Below are positions 42,559 to 56,194 of a stretch of DNA of 64,000 nt, piece by piece (position 1 is the stretch's first letter; each line of letters begins with the position of its first letter). A model generated the notes under the pieces. The model saw nothing but the letters and a program-made list of their open reading frames with translations. It was not told where the DNA came from and did no database searches. Made by a program: the position numbers and the translations under genes. Origin of the DNA: an uncultured Desulfatitalea sp. (GTDB lineage: Bacteria > Desulfobacterota > Desulfobacteria > Desulfobacterales > Desulfosarcinaceae); the NCBI GenBank assembly GCA_963668675.2, contig CAXXMB010000002.1:1728001-1792000 (forward strand). The letters are read 5' to 3'.

Positions 42559-43305
42559 ATGCACAAACTTGTCCTGCTTCGTCACGGTCTTAGTGAATGG
42601 AACCTGCAGAATCGCTTTACTGGCTGGCATGATGTCGATCTGGCAGACGCAGGCATCGCCGAATCACGCAAGGCTGGACAAGCACTGCGTGACGCAGGGT
42701 ACCAATTCGATTCCGCGTATACGTCGCTGCTTAAGCGTGCGATACGCACGCTCTGGGTGGTTCTTGACCAACTCGACCAAATGTGGATTCCAGTTATCCG
42801 CGATTGGAGGCTGAATGAGCGACATTACGGGGCATTGCAGGGGCTCAACAAAGCCGAGACAGCCGTCAAACATGGCGAGGACCAGGTTCTGATTTGGAGA
42901 AGAAGCTACGACACTTCACCGCCGCCCGTTTCTGAAGAGGACGATCGCTTCCCTGGCAACGATCCACGATACACTGGCATTGAAAAGAGCAGGCTTCCCA
43001 AAACTGAGTGTCTGAAAGATACCGTTGAAAGGGTAATCGAGTGCTGGAACGAAACACTATCCAAAGAGATAAGATCAGGCAAAAGGCTTCTCATCGTTGC
43101 ACATGGCAACAGCCTTCGGGCACTCGTCAAGTATTTGGACCAAATCACGGACAAAGAAATTATTGAACTCAATATCCCTACGGGAATTCCTTTGGTTTAC
43201 GAGCTTGATTCTGATCTCAAGCCTGTACGTCATTACTATCTTGCGGATGAGGATAAGCTAAAAGACGCGATGGCCGAAGTCGCAAAACAGGGAAAGGCAA
43301 AATAA
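42559..43305 (+). CDS. gpmA: 2,3-BPG-dependent phosphoglycerate mutase
   Basis: [29 protein letters not shown]. Confidence 0.97.
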   Translation: MHKLVLLRHGLSEWNLQNRFTGWHDVDLADAGIAESRKAGQALRDAGYQFDSAYTSLLKRAIRTLWVVLDQLDQMWIPVIRDWRLNERHYGALQGLNKAETAVKHGEDQVLIWRRSYDTSPPPVSEEDDRFPGNDPRYTGIEKSRLPKTECLKDTVERVIECWNETLSKEIRSGKRLLIVAHGNSLRALVKYLDQITDKEIIELNIPTGIPLVYELDSDLKPVRHYYLADEDKLKDAMAEVAKQGKAK

Positions 43306-43484
43306 ATTACCGGTCCCGGCACAAGGAGTACACATAACCTCTATTGGGCCTCCGTTTGTCAAGGTAAGACTTTTCCTGCAGATCGGAAAAATGTAGGATA
43401 TTCTCTCCTGTCTTTTATTCCGCACCGGCGTTCTGCCCAAAAGGACAGGTCCGCCATTTGCCATGGTCGCAATTATCACGAAAA

Positions 43485-43630
43485 GGTCATATGTGACCAC
43501 CGGTTGCATATGACCCTTCTATATGACCATAAACGGCCACGCCGGAATGATGATATTTTTTAAATATCTAAATATATCAAAAAGATGGATGCTTTGACAG
43601 GGAGTATTGGATACCTGGCACAAATATTGA
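43485..43630 (+). promoter_or_regulatory. Sigma-54 promoter module copy 2
   Basis: GGTCATATGTGACCACCGGTTGCATATGACC 43485-43515; TATCAAAAAGATG 43575; TGGCACAAATATTGA with GG at 43617. Confidence 0.85.
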
Positions 43631-43716
43631 TGACCAATCCATAAAAGCCCCATTTTTTACACGGGAACTTCACTGCAACCCTTATTGAAAATGATAAACC
43701 TGGAAGCCAAAAGAAA

Positions 43717-43935
43717 ATGAGCATATCGAAAAAGGTGCCAACCATGGCTTCTGCGCTAAAACAATATCAGGGGATCAATTCGGTAGCCGTCATCGGCAAC
43801 TACCTGATCATTGTTGCCACCATTATCGGACTTGAGTTCGGCTTTATCAATGAGGCCTTCAAAGACGCGATTATCCTGCTGGCCGTCATCACCTGCCTGC
43901 TGGGCCCGTCTCTTTTTCAAAGCGTTTTTCAAATC
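43717..43935 (+). pseudogene. Chimeric remnant: GT4-like N-terminus fused to a cation/H+ antiporter-like C-terminus
   Basis: INSVAVIGNYL followed directly by IIVATIIGLEFGFI...IILLAVITCLLGPSLF. Confidence 0.5.
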
Positions 43936-44001
43936 CGAAGCCGTGTCGAGAGACGCCGGCGACATCGAGAAAAGAAAGTTATCCGCCGGTTGGATGCGGC
44001 A

Positions 44002-44413
44002 ATGGAAATGAGCAAACAGAACACGACAAATTTTGAGGATATCATCCAGGACGTGGTTGGCGCGTGCGCGCTTTGCGTTCCCGTGGTGTTTTCCGAAGAG
44101 GCCCGGAATCTGGGCCGGACACTGCCGGCTGCCAATATTATCGTTCTGGTCGTGCTGTCGCTGTTGTTCGTTCGTCAATTTGTATTCCCTGCACAACATT
44201 TTTCAAGGCAGAATCACGCATCGAATTTTCGCCTTTTTCGCGAGAACTGTCATCGATTACGGCATTGCGCTGCTGGTAGTGGTCGTCGTGCTGTCCGCCC
44301 TGGACCATATGCCCATTTTCAGCGAGCCATGGGTGGCCGTCAGGCGCGTCGTGGTGCTCTCTTTGCCCGCCTCGATGGGAGCGGTGGTCGTGGATAGTTT
44401 CAACAAGGAATAG
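44002..44413 (+). pseudogene. DUF2391-like membrane protein, frameshifted
   Basis: VPVVFSEEA...PASMGAVVVDSF; a 4-bp tandem duplication TTCGTTCG at 44167-44174 breaks the frame. Confidence 0.65.
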
Positions 44414-44480
44414 ACACATTAATGTCCGAACCCGTGTAACAGGAGAAAATAGTTAAAACCAAATCAAAAGGAGGATTAAG

Positions 44481-44798
44481 ATGAGCGCAAAAAGAGATGC
44501 CTATGTGGAAAAATTGAAGGCCCAGTTGGACGAGTGGAATGCCGATATCGACAAGCTGGCAGCCAAGGCCGCCCAGGAGAAAATGGAAGGAAAAATCGAA
44601 TATCAAAAACAGATGGATGACTTGCGCGCCAAACGTGATGATGTCAGGGACAAGCTATCGGCTATGCAACAGGCTGGAGAGGGGGCATGGGAAGACCTCA
44701 AAGAGGGTCTTGAGAATTCATGGGAGATTTTGAAGATGAGCTTCGACAAGGCAAAATCCAAGTTCGAGAAGGGGTACAAAAAAGGCACAAAAGAGTAA
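44481..44798 (+). CDS. Coiled-coil stress protein (sll1863-like)
   Basis: GGAGG SD; KRDAYVEKLKAQLDEW...AWEDLKEG. Confidence 0.85.
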   Translation: MSAKRDAYVEKLKAQLDEWNADIDKLAAKAAQEKMEGKIEYQKQMDDLRAKRDDVRDKLSAMQQAGEGAWEDLKEGLENSWEILKMSFDKAKSKFEKGYKKGTKE

Positions 44799-44813
44799 AA
44801 AAAGGAAAGTCCA

Positions 44814-46466
44814 ATGGATTGGAAGACATTAACGAGCTTGGGGCGTTTCAAAGACATCATCATGGTCCTGCTCAGATACGGATTTGACGATCTGGTCGAT
44901 CGTCTCAACATTCCGGGGACCAAGTTCATGCGGAAGAAAAGTCCCATCGACCATCCGCTGGACACCTTTGAAAGAATTCGATACGCCTGCGAAGAGCTGG
45001 GACCGACCTTTGTCAAGTTCGGACAGATGGCGAGTCTGCGACCGGACCTGGTGCCGCCGGGGTTGATCGCCGAACTGAGCAAACTTCAAGATGACGTGGC
45101 GCCCGTGGATATGTCGCAGATCATCGCGGCGATCGAGCAGAGCACCGGTAAGCCGCTAAAGGAGACGTTCAGCGTTTTTGATGTGACGCCGGTGGCGGCG
45201 GCTTCGATCTCCCAGGTCCATCGCGGCGTTTTGGCAGCGGATGGGCGTATCGTATCGGTCAAAGTCCAACGCCCGGATATTCGGGCCAAGATGCGCACCG
45301 ATCTGGACATCCTGGCCATCATGGCGGACCAGCTTCACGAACGTGTCGAAGAACTCAACAGCTTCGACCTGCCCAATCTCGTTCGCTTGATCAAAAAAAC
45401 CCTGCTGCGCGAGCTCGATTTTAGAAAAGAAGCACGCCACATGAAAATCGCGCGCACCCATGCGGGCGAAGGGGCCGATGTCTATATTCCGGAGGCTTAT
45501 GAAACCTATTGCTCGGAGCACCTACTGGTGATGGAATTCATCCAGGGCACGAAACTGAAAGATTTCAAGCGCGAATCCATCGCCGATCCTGAATTGCTGG
45601 CAAGGCAGGGCCTTGTTGCCGCCATCGATCAAATCCTCAAATACGGCTTTTTTCATGCCGACCCGCATCCCGGAAATATCCTGATCATGCCGGAAGGTCG
45701 CATGTGTTTGATTGATTGGGGCATGACGGGCCGGTTGTCGGAACGCGACCGCCACCAGCTCATCGGTTTGTTGCAGGCGGTCTTGGACAAAGACGGTGAA
45801 GCCATAGTCCACACGCTTTTGCGTATCGGCCACGCCGAAGCGGTCATCGACCAAAGGGCCCTGGAGCGGGACCTGCTGGATATCCTGGACCTCCACTACG
45901 CGGTTCCCATCCAGGACATGAATATCGGTCAGCTGCTCATGGCGATCACGGATCTTTTGCGGATCTATTGCCTTCGACTGCCCCCGGGCATGGTGATTAT
46001 GATCAAGGCGCTGGTGGCCGCCGAAGGCACGGCCCGGCGCATTTGCCCCGAGCTGGATGTGGTTGCCGAGGCCAAGACGCAAATCACCCAACTGGCGGCC
46101 CAGCGGTACACCCCCCAATCGGTGTTGCGCCGGCTGCGGTTTACCTTTACCCAACTGTTCAGTTTGCAACAAGAGATTCCGAGTCGCCTGGAGAGCCTGC
46201 TGGGCAAGGCCGACCGCAATGAACTGACGCTGGGATTCCGGCACGAAAACCTCACCGGACTTATCCATACCCTCGAAAATGTGGCCAGCCGCGTGACCTT
46301 CGGCATCATCATCGCGGCCATGATCGTCGGCTCCTCGATGATCATCACCACCGGCGTCAAACCCCTGCTTTTCGGTTTTCCGGCCCTGGGCGTCATCGGG
46401 TATCTGTTTTCCGGAGTGCTCGGCATGTGGCTGCTGATCAACATCATTCGCAAAAGAAAGTATTGA
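44814..46466 (+). CDS. AarF/ABC1/UbiB family atypical kinase
   Basis: ELGPTFVKFGQ, AAASISQVH, VKVQRP, FFHADPHPGN, IDWG; C-terminal TMs. Confidence 0.93.
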   Translation: MDWKTLTSLGRFKDIIMVLLRYGFDDLVDRLNIPGTKFMRKKSPIDHPLDTFERIRYACEELGPTFVKFGQMASLRPDLVPPGLIAELSKLQDDVAPVDMSQIIAAIEQSTGKPLKETFSVFDVTPVAAASISQVHRGVLAADGRIVSVKVQRPDIRAKMRTDLDILAIMADQLHERVEELNSFDLPNLVRLIKKTLLRELDFRKEARHMKIARTHAGEGADVYIPEAYETYCSEHLLVMEFIQGTKLKDFKRESIADPELLARQGLVAAIDQILKYGFFHADPHPGNILIMPEGRMCLIDWGMTGRLSERDRHQLIGLLQAVLDKDGEAIVHTLLRIGHAEAVIDQRALERDLLDILDLHYAVPIQDMNIGQLLMAITDLLRIYCLRLPPGMVIMIKALVAAEGTARRICPELDVVAEAKTQITQLAAQRYTPQSVLRRLRFTFTQLFSLQQEIPSRLESLLGKADRNELTLGFRHENLTGLIHTLENVASRVTFGIIIAAMIVGSSMIITTGVKPLLFGFPALGVIGYLFSGVLGMWLLINIIRKRKY

Positions 46467-46686
46467 TGCGCCATGTGGTTTAAACCTTTCCAAAAGCAAG
46501 GCAGCAGAACAAGCCCTCTATAAAACCCTGCAGGTCAGCAGCCTGCCCGGCTCCACCAAAACCTTCGCTCGCCTGGACCGGTTTCCGCCGCATAGCCTTG
46601 GACTGTTTCTGCCGGAGCCTTTGGAGGACTCGTCCCTGCTCAGCGGGCGCGAAAAACAGCAAGGTATACAAAAGACATCCCCGACA

Positions 46687-46832
46687 GGTCATATGTGACC
46701 ACTGGTTGCATATGACCCTTTCAGATGACTATCGACGGCCGCGCCGGAATGCTGGTCTTTTTTAAATACATAAAATTATCAGAAGGATGGGTGTCTTGAC
46801 AGGGAGCATTAGATACCTGGCACAATAATTGA
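46687..46832 (+). promoter_or_regulatory. Sigma-54 promoter module copy 3, upstream of the N-ATPase operon
   Basis: GGTCATATGTGACCACTGGTTGCATATGACC 46687-46717; TATCAGAAGGATG 46777; TGGCACAATAATTGA with GG at 46819. Confidence 0.85.
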
Positions 46833-46945
46833 ATTTATAAAAATCGTATAAATAGCACATATCTCCTATCATAGAAATCGCAGAACCATTGCCCAGAGCA
46901 CAGGAAAGCCCATTGGGGCGACGCGCCGGAGCAACGGGTTGATAA

Positions 46946-48873
<1,928 letters not shown>

Positions 48874-48881
<8 letters not shown>

Positions 48882-49212
48882 CGAATCCAAGCAGAAACCG
48901 TTGAAGCCGAAGTCTACGCTCAGCCGGGAGGTCGGCGCCAAGGCTGCTCGGAAAATGCGTGCGCAACGCCATGTCAACCGAACCGTCTGGTTCGGCCTGG
49001 GCATGATGGGGCTGGTCGGCTGGTCGGTGGCGATTCCGACGCTGCTCGGCGCGGCGATAGGTCTCTGGCTGGACCAACGCTATCCGGAAGGCCGATCCTG
49101 GACACTGGCCCTGCTGGTTGTCGGCCTTGCGATCGGGTGCTTGAATGCGTGGCATTGGGTGACCAAGGAAGACAGGGCCATGCGGGAGGAACAGGAGGAT
49201 AACGATGAATGA
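48874..49212 (+). CDS. atpQ: N-ATPase AtpQ (AtpI/AtpZ-like)
   Basis: WFGLGMMGLVGWSVAIPTLLG; two TMs; operon position. Confidence 0.88.
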
Positions 49213-49519
49213 AACGTTGTGTCTGGCGCCGGCTTTGGTGACGGGTGTTTTGCTCGGTGCGATGTTTTTCGGCGGCCTCTGGTGGACGGTTCGCAAGGGC
49301 GTTTCGTCCCAACGGCCGGCGCTTTGGTTCTTCGGCAGTCTGCTGCTGCGGATGAGCATCGCCCTGGCTGGATTTTATTTTGTTTCCGGTGGTCATTGGG
49401 AGCGGCTGCTGGTGTGTCTCCTTGGATTTGTGACGGCACGCCTGATCGTGAAGCGGCTCACCCGCCCGCCGGTCGAACACTGCAACGCTTCAGCAAAGGA
49501 GGCCTGTCATGCACCTTAG
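49205..49519 (+). CDS. atpR: N-ATPase AtpR
   Basis: FFGGLWWTV...SLLLRM; operon position. Confidence 0.88.
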   Translation: MNETLCLAPALVTGVLLGAMFFGGLWWTVRKGVSSQRPALWFFGSLLLRMSIALAGFYFVSGGHWERLLVCLLGFVTARLIVKRLTRPPVEHCNASAKEACHAP

Positions 49520-50204
49520 TCCCGATGAGATCATCTTCTGGCAACACGGCGTTCTGAAGCTCAACGCCACCATTGTGTTCACGTGGGGACTGATGCTTGT
49601 ACTGGCCGTCGGTTCAAAAATCATCACCCGCAGACTTTCCACCGGTCTCAAGCGTTCCCGCTGGCAAAATCTACTGGAAATCGTCGTCACCCTGACCGAG
49701 AAACAAATCGAAGAAGTGGGCCTGCGCCACCCGAAAAAATATCTCCCCTTTTTAGGCACGCTCTTTCTGTTCGTCGCCTTGGCCGCCCTGTGCACCGTCT
49801 TTCCCGGCTACGAGCCGCCGACCGGCTCGCTCTCGACCACCGCGGCACTTGCGCTGTGCGTGTTTGTGGCCGTGCCGCTGTTCGGCATCTTGGAACGGGG
49901 CTGGAGCGGCTACCTCAAATCCTATGTGCAGCCAACGTTCATCATGCTGCCGTTTAACATCATCAGCGAGCTCTCGCGCACGCTGGCCCTGGCCGTCCGT
50001 CTGTTCGGCAACATGATGAGTGGGGCGATGATCATCGGTATTCTGCTGACCATCACGCCGTTTATCTTTCCGATCGTGATGAAGGCGCTCGGCCTGCTCA
50101 CCGGCATGGTGCAAGCCTACATCTTCTTTATCCTATCCACGGTTTACATCGCGGCTGCCACGCGCGTGCGTAAACCCAAGCCTGAAGCTGAGGCAACACA
50201 TTGA
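49509..50204 (+). CDS. atpB: N-ATPase subunit a
   Basis: SRTLALAVRLFGNM and VQAYIF motifs. Confidence 0.95.
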   Translation: MHLSPDEIIFWQHGVLKLNATIVFTWGLMLVLAVGSKIITRRLSTGLKRSRWQNLLEIVVTLTEKQIEEVGLRHPKKYLPFLGTLFLFVALAALCTVFPGYEPPTGSLSTTAALALCVFVAVPLFGILERGWSGYLKSYVQPTFIMLPFNIISELSRTLALAVRLFGNMMSGAMIIGILLTITPFIFPIVMKALGLLTGMVQAYIFFILSTVYIAAATRVRKPKPEAEATH

Positions 50205-50239
50205 AACATGAACGATGACAACAAAGGAGAAACAATACC

Positions 50240-50521
50240 ATGGATAGCATGACGTTTATCGCGGTGGCATCCATTATCACCGCCGGCTTCACCACCGGCG
50301 TCGGCTGCATCGGGCCGGCGCTGGGCGAAGGGCGCGCAGTTTCGACCGCGCTGGGTTCGCTGGCCCAGCAGCCTGACGCCTCCGCCACCATCACCCGGAC
50401 ACTGTTCGTGGGCCTGGCGATGATCGAGTCCACGGCCATCTACTGCTTCGTGGTCTCGATGATTCTCGTTTTTGCCAACCCGTTCTGGAACCACATCATC
50501 GCCGAAACCACAGGAAAGTAA
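50240..50521 (+). CDS. atpE: N-ATPase subunit c (Na+-binding signature)
   Basis: PALGEG, QQP loop, IESTAIY. Confidence 0.95.
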   Translation: MDSMTFIAVASIITAGFTTGVGCIGPALGEGRAVSTALGSLAQQPDASATITRTLFVGLAMIESTAIYCFVVSMILVFANPFWNHIIAETTGK

Positions 50522-50525
50522 ACCG

Positions 50526-51380
50526 ATGTTAATCGATTGGTTCACCATCACTGCGCAGGCGCTCAACTTTCTCATCCTGGTATGGTTGATGAAGCGCTTT
50601 CTTTACAAACCCATCCTCAACGCCATCGACGCGCGGGAGCAGCGGATCGCCAAGGAACTTGCGGATGCCGAGGCAAAAAAGGCCGATGCTCAAAAAGAGC
50701 GTGAGGCGTTCGAGGGCAAAAACAAGGAGTTCGATCGGCAGCGGGATGCCCTTCTGAGCCAGGCGACGGAGGAGGCGAAAACCGAACGTCAGCGGCTTCT
50801 CGATGAGGTGCGGCAGGCGGCCGAGGTTCTGCACGCAAAACGACAGGACGCCATGGAACGCGAACAACAGAGCCTGAACGACGAAATAACCCGCCGGACC
50901 CGAGAGGAAGTTTTTGCCATCGCGCGAAAGACGCTGACAGACCTGGCCGGGATGAGTCTGGAAGAACGCATAAGCGAGGTGTTCAGGCGCCACTTGCGAG
51001 AACTGGACGGTGAGGCGAAGGAAGGTTTTGCCAGAATACTGAAAACATCGTCCGATCCGGTGCTCGTTCACAGCGCCTTTGAGCTGCCGTCTGAACAGAG
51101 AGCCGCGATCCAACAGGCGCTCAACGAAACCTTCTCGGCTGAAATCCAAGTCCGTTTCGAGACCGCACCGGACGTGATCAGCGGCATCGAACTCACCGCG
51201 AACGGACGAAAGGTCGCCTGGAGCATTGCGGATTATCTGACGTCACTGGAAAAAAGCGTCAACGAACTGCTGAAAACACCGTCCAAACCCAAAACCAAAC
51301 CTGAGGCTGAACTTGAAACGCAAGCCGGGTTCAAGCCGAAGTCCAGGACGCAACCTGCTGCTTCCGAGGAGGCCAAATGA
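50526..51380 (+). CDS. atpF: N-ATPase subunit b with delta-like C-terminal extension
   Basis: [27 protein letters not shown], long coiled coil, GIEL segment. Confidence 0.93.
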   Translation: MLIDWFTITAQALNFLILVWLMKRFLYKPILNAIDAREQRIAKELADAEAKKADAQKEREAFEGKNKEFDRQRDALLSQATEEAKTERQRLLDEVRQAAEVLHAKRQDAMEREQQSLNDEITRRTREEVFAIARKTLTDLAGMSLEERISEVFRRHLRELDGEAKEGFARILKTSSDPVLVHSAFELPSEQRAAIQQALNETFSAEIQVRFETAPDVISGIELTANGRKVAWSIADYLTSLEKSVNELLKTPSKPKTKPEAELETQAGFKPKSRTQPAASEEAK

Positions 51381-53023
51381 GCGCCCCGTCGGATTCTTTA
51401 CAAAACGGCTTCGACCGCGCGTTCGCCGTTCTCAGCCGGGGGCGCAAAACCTTCATGCCGCAACTGACGCCGCAGGAGGTGGGCACGATTACCAGCGTCG
51501 CCACGGGCATCGCCCGTGTTTCGGGCCTTCCCGGCGTCGGCTTTGATGAATTGGTGATGTTTCCCGGCGATGTATTCGGCATCGCATTCAACGTGGACCC
51601 GAAAGAAATCGGGGTCGTACTGCTCGGCGAATACTGGCATCTTAACACGGGGGATGAAGTCCGGCGCACGGGCCGGGTCATGGACGTGGCCGTGGGTGAC
51701 GGATTGCTGGGTCGCGTCATCGACCCGCTCGGCCGACCCCTCGACGGCAACGGGCCGGTGGCCGCAAGCCGGCGCCTGCCTATCGAACGCCCGGCCGCGC
51801 CCATCATGGATCGGGCGCCCGTCACGGTGCCGCTCCAGACCGGAATTAAAGTCATCGATGCGCTCATTCCCATCGGGCGGGGTCAGCGAGAGCTGATCCT
51901 CGGCGACCGGCAGACGGGCAAGACCGCCATCGCAGTCGACACCATCCTGAATCAGCGCGGCAAGGATGTCCTGTGTGTCTATTGCGCGATCGGCCAGCGG
52001 GGGGCAGCCATCGCCAAAGCCGTTGCCACCTTCCGCCAAAAAGATGCGATGGCGTACACCGTCGTGGTCGTCACCGAGGGCAACGACCCGCCGGGCCTCG
52101 CCTACATCGCCCCCTACGCCGCAACCAGCATTGCGGAGTCTTTCATGGAAGCGGGCCGCGATGTACTGATCGTTTACGACGACCTCACCCATCATGCCCG
52201 CGCCTATCGCGAGCTTTCTCTGTTGCTGCGCCGGCCGCCCGGCCGCGAAGCATTTCCCGGCGACATTTTTTATATCCACTCGCGGCTGCTCGAGCGCGCC
52301 ACGCACTTGCGTAAGGAACTGGGCGGCGGCTCGCTCACCGCGCTGCCCATCATCGAAACCGAAGCGCAGAACATTTCCGCCTACATTCCGACCAATCTGA
52401 TTTCCATCACGGATGGGCAGATCTACCTCTCGCCGTCTCTGTTCGAATTGGGCGTGCTGCCCGCGGTTGATGTCGGCAAATCCGTCTCACGCGTCGGCGG
52501 CAAGGCGCAGCGGGCCGCCTACCGCGCGGTTGCCGGCGACCTCAAGCTCGCTTATTCGCAATTTGAAGAACTCGAGACCTTTGCCCGGTTCGGCGCCCGG
52601 CTGGATGAAGATAACCGCAAGGTTATCGAGCATGGGCGGCGCATTCGGGCATGCCTCAAGCAGCCGGAATTCACCCCGGTGTCCATGCCCGCACAAATCG
52701 TCGTGCTGCTGGCGTTGACCGCAGACCTATTCGACGACGTGCCGCTTGATCGGATGGCCGCCGCCGAGCAGGCCGTGTGCAAAGCGGCGGCGGAAATCCC
52801 GGCGGAGGTGAGCGAGCGATTGAATATCGCCGACACGTTGAGCGATGCAGATCGCAAAACGATCATCAAAATCGCCCGCCAAACGCTCGAAGCGTTTTCA
52901 CCCGTAGCGGAATCGAAATCCGAGCCTGAACCCGAACAAGAAATTCAAAAACAACCCAAACCGGAAACCAAGTCACAGACAAAACCGGATAAACCCAAGG
53001 GGTCACCCGGGGAGCCGTTATGA
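51377..53023 (+). CDS. atpA: N-ATPase subunit alpha
   Basis: [27 protein letters not shown]. Confidence 0.97.
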   Translation: MSAPSDSLQNGFDRAFAVLSRGRKTFMPQLTPQEVGTITSVATGIARVSGLPGVGFDELVMFPGDVFGIAFNVDPKEIGVVLLGEYWHLNTGDEVRRTGRVMDVAVGDGLLGRVIDPLGRPLDGNGPVAASRRLPIERPAAPIMDRAPVTVPLQTGIKVIDALIPIGRGQRELILGDRQTGKTAIAVDTILNQRGKDVLCVYCAIGQRGAAIAKAVATFRQKDAMAYTVVVVTEGNDPPGLAYIAPYAATSIAESFMEAGRDVLIVYDDLTHHARAYRELSLLLRRPPGREAFPGDIFYIHSRLLERATHLRKELGGGSLTALPIIETEAQNISAYIPTNLISITDGQIYLSPSLFELGVLPAVDVGKSVSRVGGKAQRAAYRAVAGDLKLAYSQFEELETFARFGARLDEDNRKVIEHGRRIRACLKQPEFTPVSMPAQIVVLLALTADLFDDVPLDRMAAAEQAVCKAAAEIPAEVSERLNIADTLSDADRKTIIKIARQTLEAFSPVAESKSEPEPEQEIQKQPKPETKSQTKPDKPKGSPGEPL

Positions 53024-53913
53024 GCGACACCACCGCGAGCCTGCGCCGAAAAATCGACAGTGCCGGAAATCTGCAGTCGGTCGTCCGCACGATGAAGGCT
53101 CTGGCCGCTTCCAGTATCGGCCAATACGAGCAATCGGTGCGCGCGTTGGGTGATTACTATCGTACTGTGGAGCTCGGGCTGGGCGTCTGTTTCCGGGGTA
53201 CCGCTTCATCAGCATTGATGAACGGAGAGACAAGACGAACGGATAAGGGTACGATCGGTGCAGTCGTGTTCGGCTCAGACCAGGGGCTGGTGGGCCAGTT
53301 TAATGACGTGGTGGCCGATTATGCGGTCAAGGCGCTGGCGACGCTGGCGGACAAAGCCAACGTCTGGGCCGTCGGAGAGCGCGTTTATGCGCGCCTGGCG
53401 GACGCAGGCCTGCCGCTTTTGGGACTATTCACCGTGCCGAACTCAGTCAAGGCCATCACCCCGCTCGTCGGGCAGATTCTCGTGGAGAGCGAGACGCGCC
53501 GCAACCGGGGTGACGTCACCGAACTTTACCTCTTCTACAATCGCCCCGCGTCCGGCGCGGTTTACACGCCCGTCAGTCAGCGACTGCTGCCGTTGGACGA
53601 AACATGGCGACGCGAGCTCGCCGAGCTTCCCTGGCCAATGAAGAATTTGCCTGAGATCATGGGCAGTAAAACCGAGACAGTGCGGGCGTTCATCCGCGAA
53701 TATCTTTTCGTATCGCTTTTCAGGGCATGCGCCGAATCCCTCGCCAGCGAAAACGCGAGCCGCCTGGCCGCGATGCAACGCGCCGACAAAAACATCGACG
53801 AACTGCTGGAGGACCTCAACAGGACATTCCACCGACTGCGCCAAAGCGGCATCGATGCGGAACTGTTCGAGGTCATCTCCGGCTTTGAAGCATTGAGGGA
53901 GGCGGAGAATTGA
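53020..53913 (+). CDS. atpG: N-ATPase subunit gamma
   Basis: [32 protein letters not shown]. Confidence 0.95.
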   Translation: MSDTTASLRRKIDSAGNLQSVVRTMKALAASSIGQYEQSVRALGDYYRTVELGLGVCFRGTASSALMNGETRRTDKGTIGAVVFGSDQGLVGQFNDVVADYAVKALATLADKANVWAVGERVYARLADAGLPLLGLFTVPNSVKAITPLVGQILVESETRRNRGDVTELYLFYNRPASGAVYTPVSQRLLPLDETWRRELAELPWPMKNLPEIMGSKTETVRAFIREYLFVSLFRACAESLASENASRLAAMQRADKNIDELLEDLNRTFHRLRQSGIDAELFEVISGFEALREAEN

Positions 53914-54019
53914 TGTGCATGGGTATCCCTTTGACGCCGGATTTACCAGGAACCATCTTTCCTGATTTCCGTCAAGCATGCAATAGCGAGGAATCGAACG
54001 AACACATGGCCCTGAAATT

Positions 54020-54544
54020 ATGGAAACCATCATAACCATGGTTTTGAATCCGGCGATCGACAAGAGCTCACGTGTTGCGCATGTCTTGGCCGAGCGAAAG
54101 CTGTACTGCAAACCCCCTCGATTTGAGCCCGGAGGGGGCGGTGTGAATGTCTCCCGGGCCATCAAGAAACTGGGGGGCGAATCTCTGCTCCTTTATCCCT
54201 TAGGGGGCCTGACGGGAAAAATGCTTCAAAAGCTCCTGGACCAGGAAGGACTGAACCATCGGCCCTTTCCCATTGAGGGATTGATCCGGGAGAGCCTGGT
54301 TATTTCGGAGGAGGTCACCGAACGCATCCTTCCGCCGACCGTGCCGATTGTCAGCAAGGTGGGCGCCGGCGACAGCATGGTGGCCGGTATCGTCCTGAGT
54401 CTTGCCCGGGGCAAGCCGCTCAGGGAATCCGTCCTTTTCGGCGTGGCCGCCGGCACGGCGGCCGTCATGACGCCGGGAACAAAACTGTGCCGGCTGGAGG
54501 ATGCCGAGAGGTTGTTGGAAAGCATGGTTGCAGGGTCCCAATAG
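54020..54544 (+). pseudogene. pfkB: PfkB/1-phosphofructokinase-family kinase with in-frame internal deletion
   Basis: N-terminal LNPAID and PGGGGVNV joined to C-terminal VGAGDS; only 174 aa against ~310 typical. Confidence 0.85.
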
Positions 54545-54638
54545 GTTTTCTTTATCGGAAGCAGGAGGTTGGCATGAAAAAGATCGAACTCATGGAAACA
54601 TGGGTCCTGGTATGTGCTACGGACGTGGGGGTTGCGCT

Positions 54639-56078
54639 ATGAGGTTGCCGGCGCATAAAACCAAAATCGTCTGCACTATAGGCCCGGCCTCCCGATCGGA
54701 GGCAGTGTTGGAGCAATTAATTCTCCAGGGGATGAATGTGGCGCGGCTCAACTTCGCCCATGGAACCTTGCAGGGGCACAGGGAGGATATCCGCCGCATA
54801 CGCGCCGTCGCGGCAAGGACAGCGCGTTCCTGCCTGATTATCGCGGACCTTCCCGGTCCCAAAATACGAATCGGCAAACTCATGCATGAACCGCTGCTGC
54901 TGGAAAAAGGCCAAGCGGTCATATTGACCGTCCAAAATTCTGTGGGCACGGCCGATCAGATACCTGTCGAGTATAAGAGATTACCGGAGAGCGTGAATCC
55001 CGGCAGCCTGATTTTCCTTAATGACGGTTTCATACAGCTTCAGGTGGAGAAGGTCTCCGGGGATAAGGTCTTTTGTCGAACGGTTATCGGCGGCCCACTT
55101 CTTTCCTACAAGGGATTAAACCTTCCCGGGGTAAAGATCTTCGCCGATGCGGTATCGAATACGGACCTTGAATTTGTCGCCTTTGCCCTGCAGGAGGGGG
55201 TAGATGTTTTTGGCGTTTCCTTTGCAGAGACAGCCGACGACATACGCAAGGTAAAGGCTTTTGCACAAAAAGACGGGCAATCCGCGTATGTGGTTGCCAA
55301 AATCGAGCGAGCCGAGGCCATTGTCAATTTCGATGAAATTGTTACCGCTGCGGATGCCGTCATGATTGCACGCGGCGACCTGGGGGTTCAAATCCCTATA
55401 GAGGATGTGCCTGCCGTTCAGAAAAAACTGATCAACAAGGCGAATCTTTTGGGCCGGCCCGTGATAACAGCGACGCAAATGTTGTTGTCCATGACGGAGA
55501 ATATCCGGCCGACCCGTGCCGAGGTATCCGATGTGGCCAATGCGATTTTTGACGGGACAGACGCGGTGATGCTGTCCGAAGAGACGGCCATAGGAAAATT
55601 TCCTGTGGAAACTGTTGAAATGATAGCTAAAATAGCAACCGCCACCGAGCGGGAACGGAAAGCTGTCAGTGCGTTGGCCGATCTGCCCGCATATTTCAGG
55701 ACGGGTGCGGGTTCCGATAATTTTCGTGCCGAGGACATCTTTTCCCTGAATGCCGTCGAAACCGCGAACGCGTTAAATGTGCGCTATATCCTGGCCCACA
55801 CGCAAAGCAAGGGCGCCACGCGTTTTATCTCCAGATTCAAGCCGGACGGCTGGATACTTTCCTTCAACGGTGATGTAAAAAAGAATTCTTTTCTGGCCCT
55901 GTCTTACGGGGTTTATCCTGTCTGTCTTGAGGATGAAACAAATGCCTTTTCCGATATGGCTATTCGCTTTCTGGCCAGGGCCGGGATGGTTGAAAAAGAC
56001 GAGCGAATGATTTTGATAGAGAATGAATCGCATGACGCCATGCCGGAAACTTTGTTGATGAAAATCTTTAAAGTCTGA
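54639..56078 (+). CDS. pyk: Pyruvate kinase
   Basis: KTKIVCTIGP, ARLNF, AKIER, IARGDLG, TATQML, DAVMLSEET. Confidence 0.96.
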   Translation: MRLPAHKTKIVCTIGPASRSEAVLEQLILQGMNVARLNFAHGTLQGHREDIRRIRAVAARTARSCLIIADLPGPKIRIGKLMHEPLLLEKGQAVILTVQNSVGTADQIPVEYKRLPESVNPGSLIFLNDGFIQLQVEKVSGDKVFCRTVIGGPLLSYKGLNLPGVKIFADAVSNTDLEFVAFALQEGVDVFGVSFAETADDIRKVKAFAQKDGQSAYVVAKIERAEAIVNFDEIVTAADAVMIARGDLGVQIPIEDVPAVQKKLINKANLLGRPVITATQMLLSMTENIRPTRAEVSDVANAIFDGTDAVMLSEETAIGKFPVETVEMIAKIATATERERKAVSALADLPAYFRTGAGSDNFRAEDIFSLNAVETANALNVRYILAHTQSKGATRFISRFKPDGWILSFNGDVKKNSFLALSYGVYPVCLEDETNAFSDMAIRFLARAGMVEKDERMILIENESHDAMPETLLMKIFKV

Positions 56079-56194
56079 ACAGGGGGTGCGAATACAAGGC
56101 TCCCTGTTTTGTCAGCAGGAAAACGATAATGCCTTGGGTCGCCTGGGTACGATGTCGGCCAATCGCATTCACATCCGCATAGCGCTTCAAGGAG

